Assembly (NCBI GenBank): GCA_965238175.1
Contig: CBDEGZ010000003.1
Span: 1,568,001-1,632,000 of the forward strand
Source of the DNA: Gammaproteobacteria bacterium
GTDB taxonomy: Bacteria > Pseudomonadota > Gammaproteobacteria > CAJXQU01
DNA length: 64,000 nt
Direction of reading: 5' to 3'
Under the pieces are notes generated by a model. The model was not told the origin of the DNA. It saw nothing but the letters and a program-made list of their open reading frames with translations, and made no database searches. Positions 19,730-29,554 of the stretch are shown here, in pieces (the stretch's first letter is position 1; every line of letters begins with the position of its first letter). Position numbers and translations under genes: made by a program.

Positions 19730-20612
19730 TAAGCTTTCAAATTTGATCGAGCAGTTTTTAGACACGGCCTGGTCTGAACAAGGTTTGAGTGATAACACAC
19801 TAAGTTCATATCGATCAGATCTGACATTTTTTGCGAAATGGCTTATTAGCAATGATAAGCAGGTCAAAGAAGTCGGTTGGCAGGATTTGTTGAGTTTCCT
19901 AGATCATTTTGAAAAGGCCTCTCCGCGTAGTCGCGCACGTCGTTTGACCAGCTTGCGACGATTTTATCGATTTTTGATCCGTGAAGAATTGGTAGAAGAT
20001 GATCCTACCCGTCGACTTAAAACTCCTAGAGCAGGGCGCAGCCTTCCTAAAACTTTATCAGAAGATGAGGTTGAGGCTTTATTAACAGCTCCAAATATAG
20101 AAAAAACTTTAGGTTTACGTGATAAAGCTATGATTGAATTGCTTTATGCGACGGGATTACGTGTGTCAGAATTAGTTAATCTGACCATGCAAGAGATTAA
20201 TTTAAACCAAGGTGTTGTACGAATTACCGGTAAGGGCGATAAGGAAAGAATCGTTCCAGTAGGTGAGGAAGCTGTTCATTGGTTGGAAAGTTATCTGGAA
20301 GAAGCACGTTCTGATTTACTCAAAGGTCAAGTTTCGGATGCCTTATTCCCAGCTCGGCAGGGAAAGCCAATTGGCCGACATGCGTTCTGGCACCGAATTA
20401 AGCAACATACGACAACTGCAGGCATTGATAAATCGATATCACCTCATACATTACGACATGCTTTTGCCACGCATTTACTAAATCATGGTGCAGATCTAAG
20501 AGTGGTTCAAATGCTTTTAGGTCATCGAGATATTTCAACAACACAGATCTACACACACGTTGCACAAGCAAGATTACAAAATTTACACGCAGCCCATCAT
20601 CCAAGAGCATAA
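19719..20612 (+). CDS. xerD: Site-specific tyrosine recombinase XerD
   Basis: LYATGLRVSELV, HTLRHAFATHLLNHGADLR and TTQIYTHV motifs. Confidence 0.96.
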   Translation: MVINKLSNLIEQFLDTAWSEQGLSDNTLSSYRSDLTFFAKWLISNDKQVKEVGWQDLLSFLDHFEKASPRSRARRLTSLRRFYRFLIREELVEDDPTRRLKTPRAGRSLPKTLSEDEVEALLTAPNIEKTLGLRDKAMIELLYATGLRVSELVNLTMQEINLNQGVVRITGKGDKERIVPVGEEAVHWLESYLEEARSDLLKGQVSDALFPARQGKPIGRHAFWHRIKQHTTTAGIDKSISPHTLRHAFATHLLNHGADLRVVQMLLGHRDISTTQIYTHVAQARLQNLHAAHHPRA

Positions 20613-20620
20613 TTGCTTTG

Positions 20621-20649
20621 TTGCAACCTGTCTCGTGCTAACATAGAAT
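20621..20649 (+). promoter_or_regulatory. Sigma-70 promoter of the rpsF operon
   Basis: TTGCAA-17 bp-TAGAAT followed by a GC-rich discriminator. Confidence 0.6.
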
Positions 20650-20660
20650 ACGCCGTTTTT

Positions 20661-20716
20661 AACCCTTGCCTCACCGAAAATTAAAGCGGGAGGCTATAAA
20701 CCGAGAGGGAATATAG
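20661..20716 (+). promoter_or_regulatory. S6:S18 autoregulatory leader RNA
   Basis: CCCTTGCCTC...GGGAGGC stem with ACCG before the RBS, as in the gammaproteobacterial rpsF leader. Confidence 0.65.
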
Positions 20717-21460
20717 TTGAGACACTACGAAGTCGTTTTTCTGGTCCACCCTGATCAGAGCGAGCAGGTTCCTGCCATGCTTGACCGTTACCGAACAATT
20801 ATTGAAGTCGATGGTGGTCAAATTCACCGCCTTGAAGACTGGGGCCGTCGTTTGTTAGCATACCCAATCAATAAGGTTCACAAAGCCCATTACGTTATGA
20901 TCAATATAGAGTGTGATCAAAAAGCACTCGATGAATTGAACAGTGCTTTTCGTTTTAATGATGCGGTTATCCGTAATTTAGTTATGAAACGCGATAGTGC
21001 GGTTACTGATCCTTCATTCTTGGCCAAGAGCAAGGAAGAAGAGGACGAACGTGCTTCAAAAGAAGCTGCAATTGCCAGAGCTAAAGAGGCTGAAGCAGTT
21101 GCTAAAGCTGAAGCCGCCACCGCAGCTAAAGCCGCAGCGGATGCTCAAGAAGATCCTACTGCTGAAGAGGCTGTCGCTGTTAGTACAGATGCAGAAGCAC
21201 CTGCTGCAGAAACTTCAACTAAAAAGGAAACTTCAACTAAAGAACCTAGTGATGCTGAGGTTATATCAACAGAAGATCACGAACTGAATTACGTACTCAA
21301 GAAGTATGGTAAACGCCAGACTGCTGCTAATCGCAAGAAATTTGTAACGTTACTTGATGAGTGCAAGGCTGATGCAGATTATGCACCACATCTTCGTGAA
21401 CAATTTTATCGCTATATCGAAGACAAAAAAGCCTTCGATATTATGGAAGATCTAGGTTAG
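20717..21460 (+). CDS. rpsF: 30S ribosomal protein S6 with long C-terminal extension
   Basis: [18 protein letters not shown]...EDWGRR.LAYPINK..KAHY. TTG start; 247 aa. Confidence 0.96.
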   Translation: MRHYEVVFLVHPDQSEQVPAMLDRYRTIIEVDGGQIHRLEDWGRRLLAYPINKVHKAHYVMINIECDQKALDELNSAFRFNDAVIRNLVMKRDSAVTDPSFLAKSKEEEDERASKEAAIARAKEAEAVAKAEAATAAKAAADAQEDPTAEEAVAVSTDAEAPAAETSTKKETSTKEPSDAEVISTEDHELNYVLKKYGKRQTAANRKKFVTLLDECKADADYAPHLREQFYRYIEDKKAFDIMEDLG

Positions 21461-21477
21461 ATCAGAGGAGAAGTAAT

Positions 21478-21705
21478 ATGGCACGTTATTTTCGACGCAA
21501 ACGTTTTTGCAAATTCACCGCTGAAGGTTATACCGAGATCGACTATAAAGATCTAAACACGTTGAAGGCATATATTTCCGAAACAGGAAAGATTATGCCA
21601 AGTCGTGTTTCCGGAACTAAAGCTGGTTATCAGCGACAACTAAAAACAGCGATCAAGCGAGCACGTTTTCTTGCATTGGTTCCATATTGTGACTCTCACG
21701 AGTAA
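21478..21705 (+). CDS. rpsR: 30S ribosomal protein S18
   Basis: [13 protein letters not shown]...IDYKD...AIKRAR. Confidence 0.98.
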   Translation: MARYFRRKRFCKFTAEGYTEIDYKDLNTLKAYISETGKIMPSRVSGTKAGYQRQLKTAIKRARFLALVPYCDSHE

Positions 21706-21727
21706 AGATTAAGCAGGTAGAAAACAC

Positions 21728-22633
21728 ATGAAAGCATTGGCCACGTATATTCTACGAGGTCCAATACAGGCGGCGGGTGTTATTGGCTTATTTGCCAGTA
21801 TCGGTTGGATTTTTCCACCATTGCTTATCATCAGTTGCGCTGCATTAGCATTGGTTGTGCTTAAGCAGGAAGCGAAAACTGGATTTTTAGTGATGTGTGG
21901 CGCAGTTGTATTTTGTGCTTTCATTTCTCAGATTGGATTTGGATCTTTACTGCTCGCTTTATATACAGTCATCGTACTGTGGCTGCCGATCTTACTGTTA
22001 GCCAATGTACTACGGCTGACACAATCGCAATCAAGTGCATTGGTGGCAATGATGATAGCGTCATTGATGTTTGCACTAAGCATTCGTTTTTTTAGTGGTA
22101 ATATTGAAGGGTTTTGGCAACAGAGCTTGACTCAAAATGTTAATGAAATTCCTTTGCTCGCAAATGCGGAGAATCAGTCAGAAATAATCAACGCACTTTC
22201 TGTCATTATGAATGGTTTTGTCGCAGCAATGCTAGGAATTATGCTAATGGTGAGTTTACTTGTTGCCAGATGGTGGCAAGCTATACTTTTTAATCCCGAT
22301 GGGTTTGGAGAGGAATTTCGCAAGATACAGTTGCCTGTTTTGATCACTACGCCTCTGCTTGTATGTATGCTTTTAGTAGCATTGGTTGAAGTTTCGATAC
22401 CACCTTATGGGTTCTTGCTTGATGTACTGGTGATCGGTTGTGCAATATTAATGTTTCATGGTTTAGCCGTTATACATTTTTTTGTGCACAAAAAGAGATT
22501 AGCAAAAGGTTGGCTGGTCGGGGTTTATATATTTTTTGTCTTAGCGGCCGTCTATGTTTTTAGTTTGCTGACAATGTTGGCGGTAACAGATAGCTACTCA
22601 GACTTTCGTAAGTTACGTACCAAGGCTGTTTAA
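21728..22633 (+). CDS. DUF2232/YybS-type membrane protein
   Basis: Polytopic; ARWWQAILFNPDGFGEEF motif; conserved position between rpsR and rplI. Confidence 0.85.
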   Translation: MKALATYILRGPIQAAGVIGLFASIGWIFPPLLIISCAALALVVLKQEAKTGFLVMCGAVVFCAFISQIGFGSLLLALYTVIVLWLPILLLANVLRLTQSQSSALVAMMIASLMFALSIRFFSGNIEGFWQQSLTQNVNEIPLLANAENQSEIINALSVIMNGFVAAMLGIMLMVSLLVARWWQAILFNPDGFGEEFRKIQLPVLITTPLLVCMLLVALVEVSIPPYGFLLDVLVIGCAILMFHGLAVIHFFVHKKRLAKGWLVGVYIFFVLAAVYVFSLLTMLAVTDSYSDFRKLRTKAV

Positions 22634-22677
22634 AGGATATTTTAAGATTAAAAAGAATTGAGTGAGGAAATAATACG

Positions 22678-23130
22678 ATGGAAGTTATATTGCTAGAAAA
22701 GGTGAATAAACTAGGCGATCTTGGTGACAAGGTTAGGGTGAAGTCTGGTTATGGTCGAAACTTTTTGATCCCACAGGAAAAAGCAGTTCCTGCAACCGCT
22801 AAACATCTTGAAGAGTTTGAAGCTAGACGTTCTGAACTTGAAAAGGCAGAAAAAGAAACTCTCTCAAAAGCACAGTCACGAGAAAAAGCATTATCAGAAT
22901 TAACCGTGACCATTACTCGTAATGCCGGTGCGGAAGGCAAATTGTTTGGTTCCGTTACAAGTGCCGATATTGCAGCGGCTGCAACAGAAGCAGGCGTTGA
23001 GCTTGAGAAACGTGAAGTCCGATTACCAGAAGGGCCTATTCATGAGATTGGTGAGTTTGATATTGATCTGCATTTGCATTCTGACGTTAACACCACAGTT
23101 AAGGTAAATGTTGTCGCAGAAGAAGGTTAA
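22678..23130 (+). CDS. rplI: 50S ribosomal protein L9
   Basis: [12 protein letters not shown] and GKLFGSV motifs. Confidence 0.98.
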   Translation: MEVILLEKVNKLGDLGDKVRVKSGYGRNFLIPQEKAVPATAKHLEEFEARRSELEKAEKETLSKAQSREKALSELTVTITRNAGAEGKLFGSVTSADIAAAATEAGVELEKREVRLPEGPIHEIGEFDIDLHLHSDVNTTVKVNVVAEEG

Positions 23131-23215
23131 AAAAAAGTTATTCAAAAGTATTTGTCATTATAACTTTTGATCTACTCTTCATTATTTTCACCTTGTAACG
23201 AGGTATAATCTCCAG

Positions 23216-24613
23216 ATGAATGAACCCTATCCAATGGATATGGGATCTGGAGAGCCGATCCAGGCCCTCAAGATCCCACCGCACTCTATCGACGCCGAGC
23301 AATCATTGCTCGGTGGTCTGATGCTTGATGAAAATGTCTGGAGTGAAGTTTCAGACAAGGTTTTAGAAGCCGATTTTTATCGTTCTGAACATCGCCTAAT
23401 CTTTCAAGCCGTACAAGCATTAGCAGCCAAAGATACACCTGCTGATGTGGTAACCGTGTCTGAGTGGCTAGATAACAATAATAGTCTGGAAAAAGCAGGT
23501 GGGCTCGCCTACATTGCGTCTTTGGCCGAAAATACGCCAACAGCTGCAAATGCGATTGCATATGCAGCTATCGTCCGAGAACGTTCGATTTTACGACAGC
23601 TTATTCAAACCGGAACTTCAATTGCGGGAAGTGGCTTTAATACCGAAGGACGTTCAACCAAAGAATTACTTGATGATGCAGAAAAACAAGTTTATGCCAT
23701 TGCTGAGCAACAAACACGTGGAAAAGGATTTCGACCGCTTAATGAATTATTAGCGAGTGCGATTGAGCGGATTGAAACACTCTATGAATCTCAAGACCCA
23801 ATAACAGGCATCTCTACCGGGTTTAGTGGTTTTGATGAGATGACTTCCGGCTTACAAGAATCTGATCTTGTTATTGTTGCGGGCCGACCTTCGATGGGTA
23901 AAACCTCATTTGCGATGAATATCGCTGAATCTGCGGCCATTAAAGACGGCGCGGCTGTTGCTGTTTTTAGTATGGAAATGCCGGGTGAGCAACTCGCGAT
24001 GCGACTTTTGTCTTCTCTTGGAAGAATTGATGCGCATCGTATGAGAACGGGTAAGCTAACGGATGAAGATTGGCCACGTTTAACCTCGGCAATTTCAATC
24101 ATGCAAGATGCCAAATTCTACATTGATGATACGCCTGCTCTGTCGCCTAATGAAATTCGCGCACGTTGTCGACGGATCTCTCGTCAAGAAGAAAAACTCG
24201 GTCTGATTGTGATCGATTATCTGCAGCTTATGCAAGTGCCAGGCTCGAGTGAAAATCGAACCACTGAGATCTCCGAAATTTCCCGATCATTAAAAGCGCT
24301 TGCGAAGGAGTTAAGCGTACCGGTGGTTGCGCTTTCTCAGCTGAATCGAAGTTTGGAACAACGACCCAACAAGCGACCCGTGATGTCAGATCTACGCGAA
24401 TCTGGAGCGATTGAGCAAGATGCGGATGTCATCGTCTTCATCTATCGTGATGAAGTTTACAATGAAGATAGCCCCGACAAAGGAACCGCTGAAATCATAA
24501 TCAGTAAGCAGCGTAATGGTCCAATTGGGACGACGCGATTAAGCTTCCTCGGCGAATATACACGCTTTGAAAATTATATTTCTGATCCCTACGGTGGTGG
24601 AGATTTTGGATGA
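23216..24613 (+). CDS. dnaB: Replicative DNA helicase
   Basis: PPHSIDAEQ, GRPSMGKT, DYLQLM and DLRESGAIEQDAD motifs; no intein. Confidence 0.98.
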   Translation: MNEPYPMDMGSGEPIQALKIPPHSIDAEQSLLGGLMLDENVWSEVSDKVLEADFYRSEHRLIFQAVQALAAKDTPADVVTVSEWLDNNNSLEKAGGLAYIASLAENTPTAANAIAYAAIVRERSILRQLIQTGTSIAGSGFNTEGRSTKELLDDAEKQVYAIAEQQTRGKGFRPLNELLASAIERIETLYESQDPITGISTGFSGFDEMTSGLQESDLVIVAGRPSMGKTSFAMNIAESAAIKDGAAVAVFSMEMPGEQLAMRLLSSLGRIDAHRMRTGKLTDEDWPRLTSAISIMQDAKFYIDDTPALSPNEIRARCRRISRQEEKLGLIVIDYLQLMQVPGSSENRTTEISEISRSLKALAKELSVPVVALSQLNRSLEQRPNKRPVMSDLRESGAIEQDADVIVFIYRDEVYNEDSPDKGTAEIIISKQRNGPIGTTRLSFLGEYTRFENYISDPYGGGDFG

Positions 24614-25680
24614 CGCGTCCCGCTCGTGTTGTCATTGATCTAAACGCCTTCCGGTCAAACCTACAAACCACTAGAAAATATGCGCCAGATCAAAAAGTCA
24701 TGGCGATAATCAAAGCCGATGCTTATGGTCATGGTTTGGAACGCGTCGCAAATCAGCTTGGTGATGCAGATGCTTTTGGTGTCGCCTGTCTCGAAGAAGC
24801 TATTCGATTACGTACTGCTGGATTCACAAAACCGATCATCTTGTTGGAAGGATTTTTCTCTGCTGAAGAATTAGATCAGCTTTCAGAACTTAATTTGCAA
24901 ACTGTTATTCACCAGAATAATCAACTCGAATTGATCGAAAAACTTCCTGCCGATAAAGCAATTAATGTCTGGCTCAAAATTGATACCGGAATGCATCGCT
25001 TAGGATTTGATCTGGATCTTGTTTCTTCCGTTTTTAGCCGATTAAAAAAAGCAAAAGGTGCTGATCAAATAAAGTTAATGACGCACTTTGCTTCTAGCCA
25101 GCCAGACTCGATGGAATCTCAATTAGCTAATTTTTTTAAGGTTGTGTCTGATCTAGAAGGCGAGCATTGTCTGGCAAATTCGGGCGCCATTATAGAATGG
25201 TCCGCAGCTCATGGTGATTGGATCCGCCCCGGTTTGATGCTTTATGGTGTTTCACCATTTGTTGACCAAACTGGAGTAGAACTTGGTTTAAAACCCGTCA
25301 TGTCACTACATTCAGAATTGATCTCAGTGAAGCAGGCTAAAAAGGGCGAAAAAGTCGGCTATGGTGGAACATGGGAATGCCCTGAAGATATGCCGATTGG
25401 TGTTATTGCCATGGGTTATGGCGATGGCTACCCACGTCATGCACGTTCTGGGACACCGATGTTGATCAATAATCAAACCGCTGGACTCATCGGGCGACCA
25501 TCAATGGATATGCTGACCGTCGATTTGCGTCAATGTCCCGATGCAAAGATTGGTGATCCCGTGATACTTTGGGGTGAAGACTTGCCTGTCGAAGAGATTG
25601 CTCGTTGTGCTGAGACAATTCCTTATGAATTACTTTGTGGTATGCGTATGCGCGCCCGATTTGTTGAGATAAATGGCTAA
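24610..25680 (+). CDS. alr: Alanine racemase
   Basis: IKADAYGHG, DTGMHRLG and GYGDGYPR motifs. Confidence 0.97.
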   Translation: MTRPARVVIDLNAFRSNLQTTRKYAPDQKVMAIIKADAYGHGLERVANQLGDADAFGVACLEEAIRLRTAGFTKPIILLEGFFSAEELDQLSELNLQTVIHQNNQLELIEKLPADKAINVWLKIDTGMHRLGFDLDLVSSVFSRLKKAKGADQIKLMTHFASSQPDSMESQLANFFKVVSDLEGEHCLANSGAIIEWSAAHGDWIRPGLMLYGVSPFVDQTGVELGLKPVMSLHSELISVKQAKKGEKVGYGGTWECPEDMPIGVIAMGYGDGYPRHARSGTPMLINNQTAGLIGRPSMDMLTVDLRQCPDAKIGDPVILWGEDLPVEEIARCAETIPYELLCGMRMRARFVEING

Positions 25681-27040
25681 ACAAAAAAAACAATATGAAT
25701 GTCAGTCTTGCGGTGCGGTTAGTCCAAAATGGGCAGGGCAGTGCGGCGATTGTGGTGAATGGAATAGCCTGACAGAATCGATCATCGTTCAAGCGACGGC
25801 GACAAATGATCGTATTGGAAATTACAGCGGCAGTGCACCGGCGATCTGCAATCTTGATGAGGCCGACTTAACCGAGGAAATCCGCTATACCACCCATATT
25901 GAAGAATTAGATCGTGCCATGGGAGGCGGGTTAGTTACAGGATCGGTGATTCTGATCGGCGGTGATCCGGGTATCGGCAAATCCACATTATTACTGCAAC
26001 TGCTTGCTGCAATCTCTAAAGATCAGATGAAAACGCTTTATGTCAGCGGTGAAGAATCTGCCCGACAAGTGGCAATGCGCGGCAAACGACTAGTGCTGGA
26101 TCTGACCGATTTGCGCCTTCTTACAGAAACCAATGTCGAACGGATCCTGACTACCGCACAGAAGGAAATGCCTAAAGTGATGGTGATCGATTCAATACAA
26201 ACGATCCATACAGAACAACTCTCATCAGCGCCAGGTAATGTTGCTCAAGTTAGAGAAAGCGCCGCCAAGATTGTGCGTTTTGCAAAACAAACCGGAACGA
26301 CTATTTTACTGGTTGGTCATGTCACAAAAGACGGTGCACTTGCAGGCCCTCGTGTGTTGGAGCATATGGTTGATACCGTGCTCTATTTTGAAGGTGATAG
26401 CGGCAGTCGTTTCCGCTTAATTCGGGCGATCAAAAACCGTTTCGGTGCAGTCAATGAACTGGGTGTTTTTGCCATGACCGATACTGGTTTAAAAGGCGTA
26501 AATAATCCCTCGGCTATCTTTTTATCCCGACGTGAAGACGAAGCCTCAGGTAGCGTGGTGATGGTGACGAGAGAAGGCACACGTCCGTTAATGGTTGAAG
26601 TTCAGGCCTTAGTTGATGAATCAAAAGCAGGTAATCCAAGGCGTGTCGCAGTAGGGATGGATCAAAATCGACTTGGAATGTTGCTGGCCGTATTGCATCG
26701 ACATGCCGGGATAGCCACTTATGATCAAGATGTGTTTATTAATATCGTAGGTGGCGTTCGGATCACAGAAACCGGTGCTGATCTGGCTGTTATACTGGCG
26801 ATTTTATCAAGCTTAAGGAATCAACCTTTGCCAACAGATTTGATCGTCTTTGGTGAAGTCGGTTTAACCGGCGAACTACGCCCAGTCCAAAATGGTCAGG
26901 AAAGACTTAACGAGGCACAAAAGCATGGCTTTAAACAAGCAATAGTTCCGAAAGCGAATCTTCCAAAGCAAAAAATAAAAGGGATCGAAATAAAAGGGGC
27001 GGCTACTTTAGATGCGGCGCTTGGTTTTTTGAGGGGTTAG
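25673..27040 (+). CDS. radA: DNA repair protein RadA/Sms
   Basis: C4 zinc finger, GDPGIGKST and KNRFG motifs. Confidence 0.98.
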   Translation: MAKQKKQYECQSCGAVSPKWAGQCGDCGEWNSLTESIIVQATATNDRIGNYSGSAPAICNLDEADLTEEIRYTTHIEELDRAMGGGLVTGSVILIGGDPGIGKSTLLLQLLAAISKDQMKTLYVSGEESARQVAMRGKRLVLDLTDLRLLTETNVERILTTAQKEMPKVMVIDSIQTIHTEQLSSAPGNVAQVRESAAKIVRFAKQTGTTILLVGHVTKDGALAGPRVLEHMVDTVLYFEGDSGSRFRLIRAIKNRFGAVNELGVFAMTDTGLKGVNNPSAIFLSRREDEASGSVVMVTREGTRPLMVEVQALVDESKAGNPRRVAVGMDQNRLGMLLAVLHRHAGIATYDQDVFINIVGGVRITETGADLAVILAILSSLRNQPLPTDLIVFGEVGLTGELRPVQNGQERLNEAQKHGFKQAIVPKANLPKQKIKGIEIKGAATLDAALGFLRG

Positions 27041-27383
27041 TCTTAATAGTAGTTCAATAAGAATGTAGCTAGTTGTCCCAATGAATGCTCGCCATAACCA
27101 CGGGTTTTATCGTTCAAAATAATTCCACCAAGATTAACTATATATTTCTCAAAAACTATCTCCTTAGCAGATTGATTATTTTGGTTTTACTTCGGAAGCT
27201 TCCATCTTTAAAAATACACAGATTTCCTGAACGTCAAAATACATAGGAAATTGTAAAGTTTGTTTAACTGTCTATCATCGCCCCTAGATATGGGAGAGGA
27301 TAAGTGAAAGTACTAAAAATAGTCTAGAGCATTGTACGAAGGGTGCTATCAATCAAACTGAAACAAAATCTAAGGAAGTTAAA

Positions 27384-27842
27384 ATGTATAGAAAACTAGT
27401 GTTAATTACTTTTGTGTCATTTTTATTCACAGGTTGTGCCTCAGTCCCTATGGAAAGTACTGATAGAACCGATACTGTAAAGGAGTTTAATTCACCTTCA
27501 GACAAAAGTGCAGGGTTGTATATCTACCGATCAGGCGGTTTCGGAGGATCCTTAAAAAAGGATATCTGGATTGACGGAGAATGCCTTGGTGAAACGGCTC
27601 CTAACGTTTTCTTCTATGAAGAAGTTCAAGGTGACGGAGAACATAAACTCTCTACAGAATCTGAATTTTCACCTAATGATTTGGTGATTAAAACAGAAAG
27701 TGGTAAGAATTACTTCGTTAAGCAATATATTAAATTCGGTTTGTTTGTTGGAGGTGCAGGTCTAGAACAGGTTGACGAAGAAGAGGGTAAAAAGGCCGTA
27801 GAGAAATTGAAGCTAGCTAAAAAAGGTAACTGTAGTAAATAA
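27384..27842 (+). CDS. DUF2846 family lipoprotein
   Basis: Lipobox FTGC; LYIYR...STESEFSPN...KQYIK.G.FVGGA. Confidence 0.8.
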   Translation: MYRKLVLITFVSFLFTGCASVPMESTDRTDTVKEFNSPSDKSAGLYIYRSGGFGGSLKKDIWIDGECLGETAPNVFFYEEVQGDGEHKLSTESEFSPNDLVIKTESGKNYFVKQYIKFGLFVGGAGLEQVDEEEGKKAVEKLKLAKKGNCSK

Positions 27843-28053
27843 TATGAGGGGCTGTTTTAAAATATATAGTCTCGATGTTCAATATATGTCGCAAAGACAT
27901 ACAATAATTTTTTGACCTTGCTGCATCCTTTATTCAGTATTGTTGGCTTACGCGAGAATAAGCCTACCTAGTCGCCCCTTAATAAACCAGAATTACTCCG
28001 AAGATGATTTGCAGGAATGCATATTTCACTTTTATCTCCATTACTTTTATGCC

Positions 28054-28193
28054 TAACATCTATTCTATGGAATCATTCCAAAATATATCTCGATAAGTGA
28101 CAGTAATTGTCACAACTATTAAGTAATGTGAATAGCTATATTGAGCCGATAATGACCTTCAAGACTGCACTAAAAAGGGTCGGTTTTGGTGCA
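28054..28193 (-). repeat. 140-bp attI-like unit, copy A
   Basis: 116/140 identical, ungapped, to 29325-29464. On the minus strand it ends in core site GTTAGGC. Confidence 0.8.
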
Positions 28194-28250
28194 CTGAATT
28201 TAAGGCGGCTTACGAGAAAAAGCAGAGACTTTTAACGGTTGAGCCACCTG

Positions 28251-28688
28251 TTAACTGTTTGCATCTACTTTAGCCCTGAACGACACAGGAAAACCATTAA
28301 ACTGTACGCCATTTTGATAAAGAAACATCATTCCATAGACTGCGCTTGCCGACTTTCCTGATCCGGAAAGCTTCCAGCCAGATAGAACCAATTTGTATCT
28401 GATGCCAAATTCACCATCGTGATATTCAATAAGAACAATATCGTCAAGAATTTTCATATTCTCTGGCTTGGAATAAACAGCGATAACCTTACCATCTTTG
28501 GATTTGCGGGAAAATTTCGTGGAGTTATCTTGTGAGATAACTAACTTTTGTTTTTCACCTTTCACCACCACATAGCTCGACACCCAATCTCCAATCAATC
28601 CATTAGGCACAATTGGGCGAGTGGTACTTTTTTCAGCTATAACTGAAAAAGAAACCATCAATATAAGTAATATTCGAATCATGGTCAT
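28251..28688 (-). CDS. Gene-cassette-encoded exported hypothetical protein
   Basis: Signal peptide. Bounded by GTTAACTG upstream and complementary CAGTTAAC overlapping the stop codon. Confidence 0.75.
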   Translation of the reverse strand: MTMIRILLILMVSFSVIAEKSTTRPIVPNGLIGDWVSSYVVVKGEKQKLVISQDNSTKFSRKSKDGKVIAVYSKPENMKILDDIVLIEYHDGEFGIRYKLVLSGWKLSGSGKSASAVYGMMFLYQNGVQFNGFPVSFRAKVDANS

Positions 28689-28690
28689 AC

Positions 28691-28760
28691 AGTTAACGTC
28701 GCAATAAAAGGCGCGCGCCTTTTGCGCGTCCAGCCCACGCCTTTTATTGCTTTGTTATGA
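28691..28760 (-). other. attC recombination site (70 bp)
   Basis: Minus strand reads TCATAAC-aaa-GCAATAAAAGGCG...CGCCTTTTATTGC-gac-GTTAACT: inverse core, 13-bp inverted arms and core, between two co-oriented ORFs. Confidence 0.85.
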
Positions 28761-28769
28761 GTTTTAAAT

Positions 28770-29306
28770 TCAAACATTTCTACCAAACCAATTTAGGCTT
28801 TTAGTGTATGGTGAAAAATTGGTTTCATAGACATCTGTATATATTACTGTACAGCTTAATTCCTTTAACCATACCCTGCATAAATCACGGGCTTCTGAAA
28901 AATTTGAATCATCTTTAGCTTCTGTAAGCTCCAATAATGGAATAAAGTCACCCGGCATAATTGAGCGGTTATTTAAATCAGTTGCAAAGTGCGTCCATGG
29001 TCTATTCTCTGGCAGTTTCCTCATCCACTTAACTATATCGGACTTTGATTCAGCCCCTTTTGTTACTGTAAGGCTCTTGATAATAAGTGGGCCAGAGCCA
29101 CGGAGGCTATTTTCATAATCAGCAACTGTTATTTCTGGTATTGGTGAAACCGACAAAGTGTTGTTTTTTTTCTGATGCTTAAGGGAAGTGACGGAAACAT
29201 AAATAGAAATCGATGATGCTAACAATGCTAAAAAAGCAATAATCACCCTCATTGTTGCCGCCAAGGCACTAGCTACACTAGTATTTTCAATTAGAAATTC
29301 ATACAT
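28770..29306 (-). CDS. Gene-cassette-encoded hypothetical membrane-anchored protein
   Basis: N-terminal transmembrane segment. Bounded by GTTATGAG upstream and complementary CTCATAAC 8 bp after the stop; RBS TAAGGA. Confidence 0.75.
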   Translation of the reverse strand: MYEFLIENTSVASALAATMRVIIAFLALLASSISIYVSVTSLKHQKKNNTLSVSPIPEITVADYENSLRGSGPLIIKSLTVTKGAESKSDIVKWMRKLPENRPWTHFATDLNNRSIMPGDFIPLLELTEAKDDSNFSEARDLCRVWLKELSCTVIYTDVYETNFSPYTKSLNWFGRNV

Positions 29307-29324
29307 AATGATTCCTTAGACTCA

Positions 29325-29464
29325 TAACATCTATTATATGGAACCATTCCAGAATATACCTCGATGAATGACAATAATTGTCACAACTGCTAAGTAATGT
29401 GAATGGCTACATTAACCTGATAGAAGCCATCCAGACTGCACCAAAAGGGTTTGGTTTTGGTGCA
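29325..29464 (-). repeat. 140-bp attI-like unit, copy B
   Basis: Direct repeat of 28054-28193. Ends in GTTATGA directly ahead of the first cassette. Confidence 0.8.
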
Positions 29465-29554
29465 TCAATCCATAACTTTCTAAACCCTTGATTTTGTTAT
29501 AACTGGACTGCACTAAAAGCGTGGTGCAAAACTGATACATTAAATTTAATGTTG

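Noticed and set aside
19719-20612. XerD as the integron integrase for the cassettes
   Set aside because: It is a canonical 297-aa XerD without the IntI-specific insertion, 7 kb away in housekeeping context.
23216-24613. Intein in DnaB
   Set aside because: Normal length (465 aa) with continuous motifs.
27041-27383. Gene or attachment site after radA
   Set aside because: Only short broken frames, and I found no duplication of the radA 3' end at the other side of the accessory segment.
28054-29464. CRISPR array
   Set aside because: Only two 140-bp repeats 1.27 kb apart, and no cas genes.
28165-29527. NtrC binding sites (TGCAC...GTGCA)
   Set aside because: Spacing gives 20-29 bp sites rather than the 17-bp NtrC palindrome.
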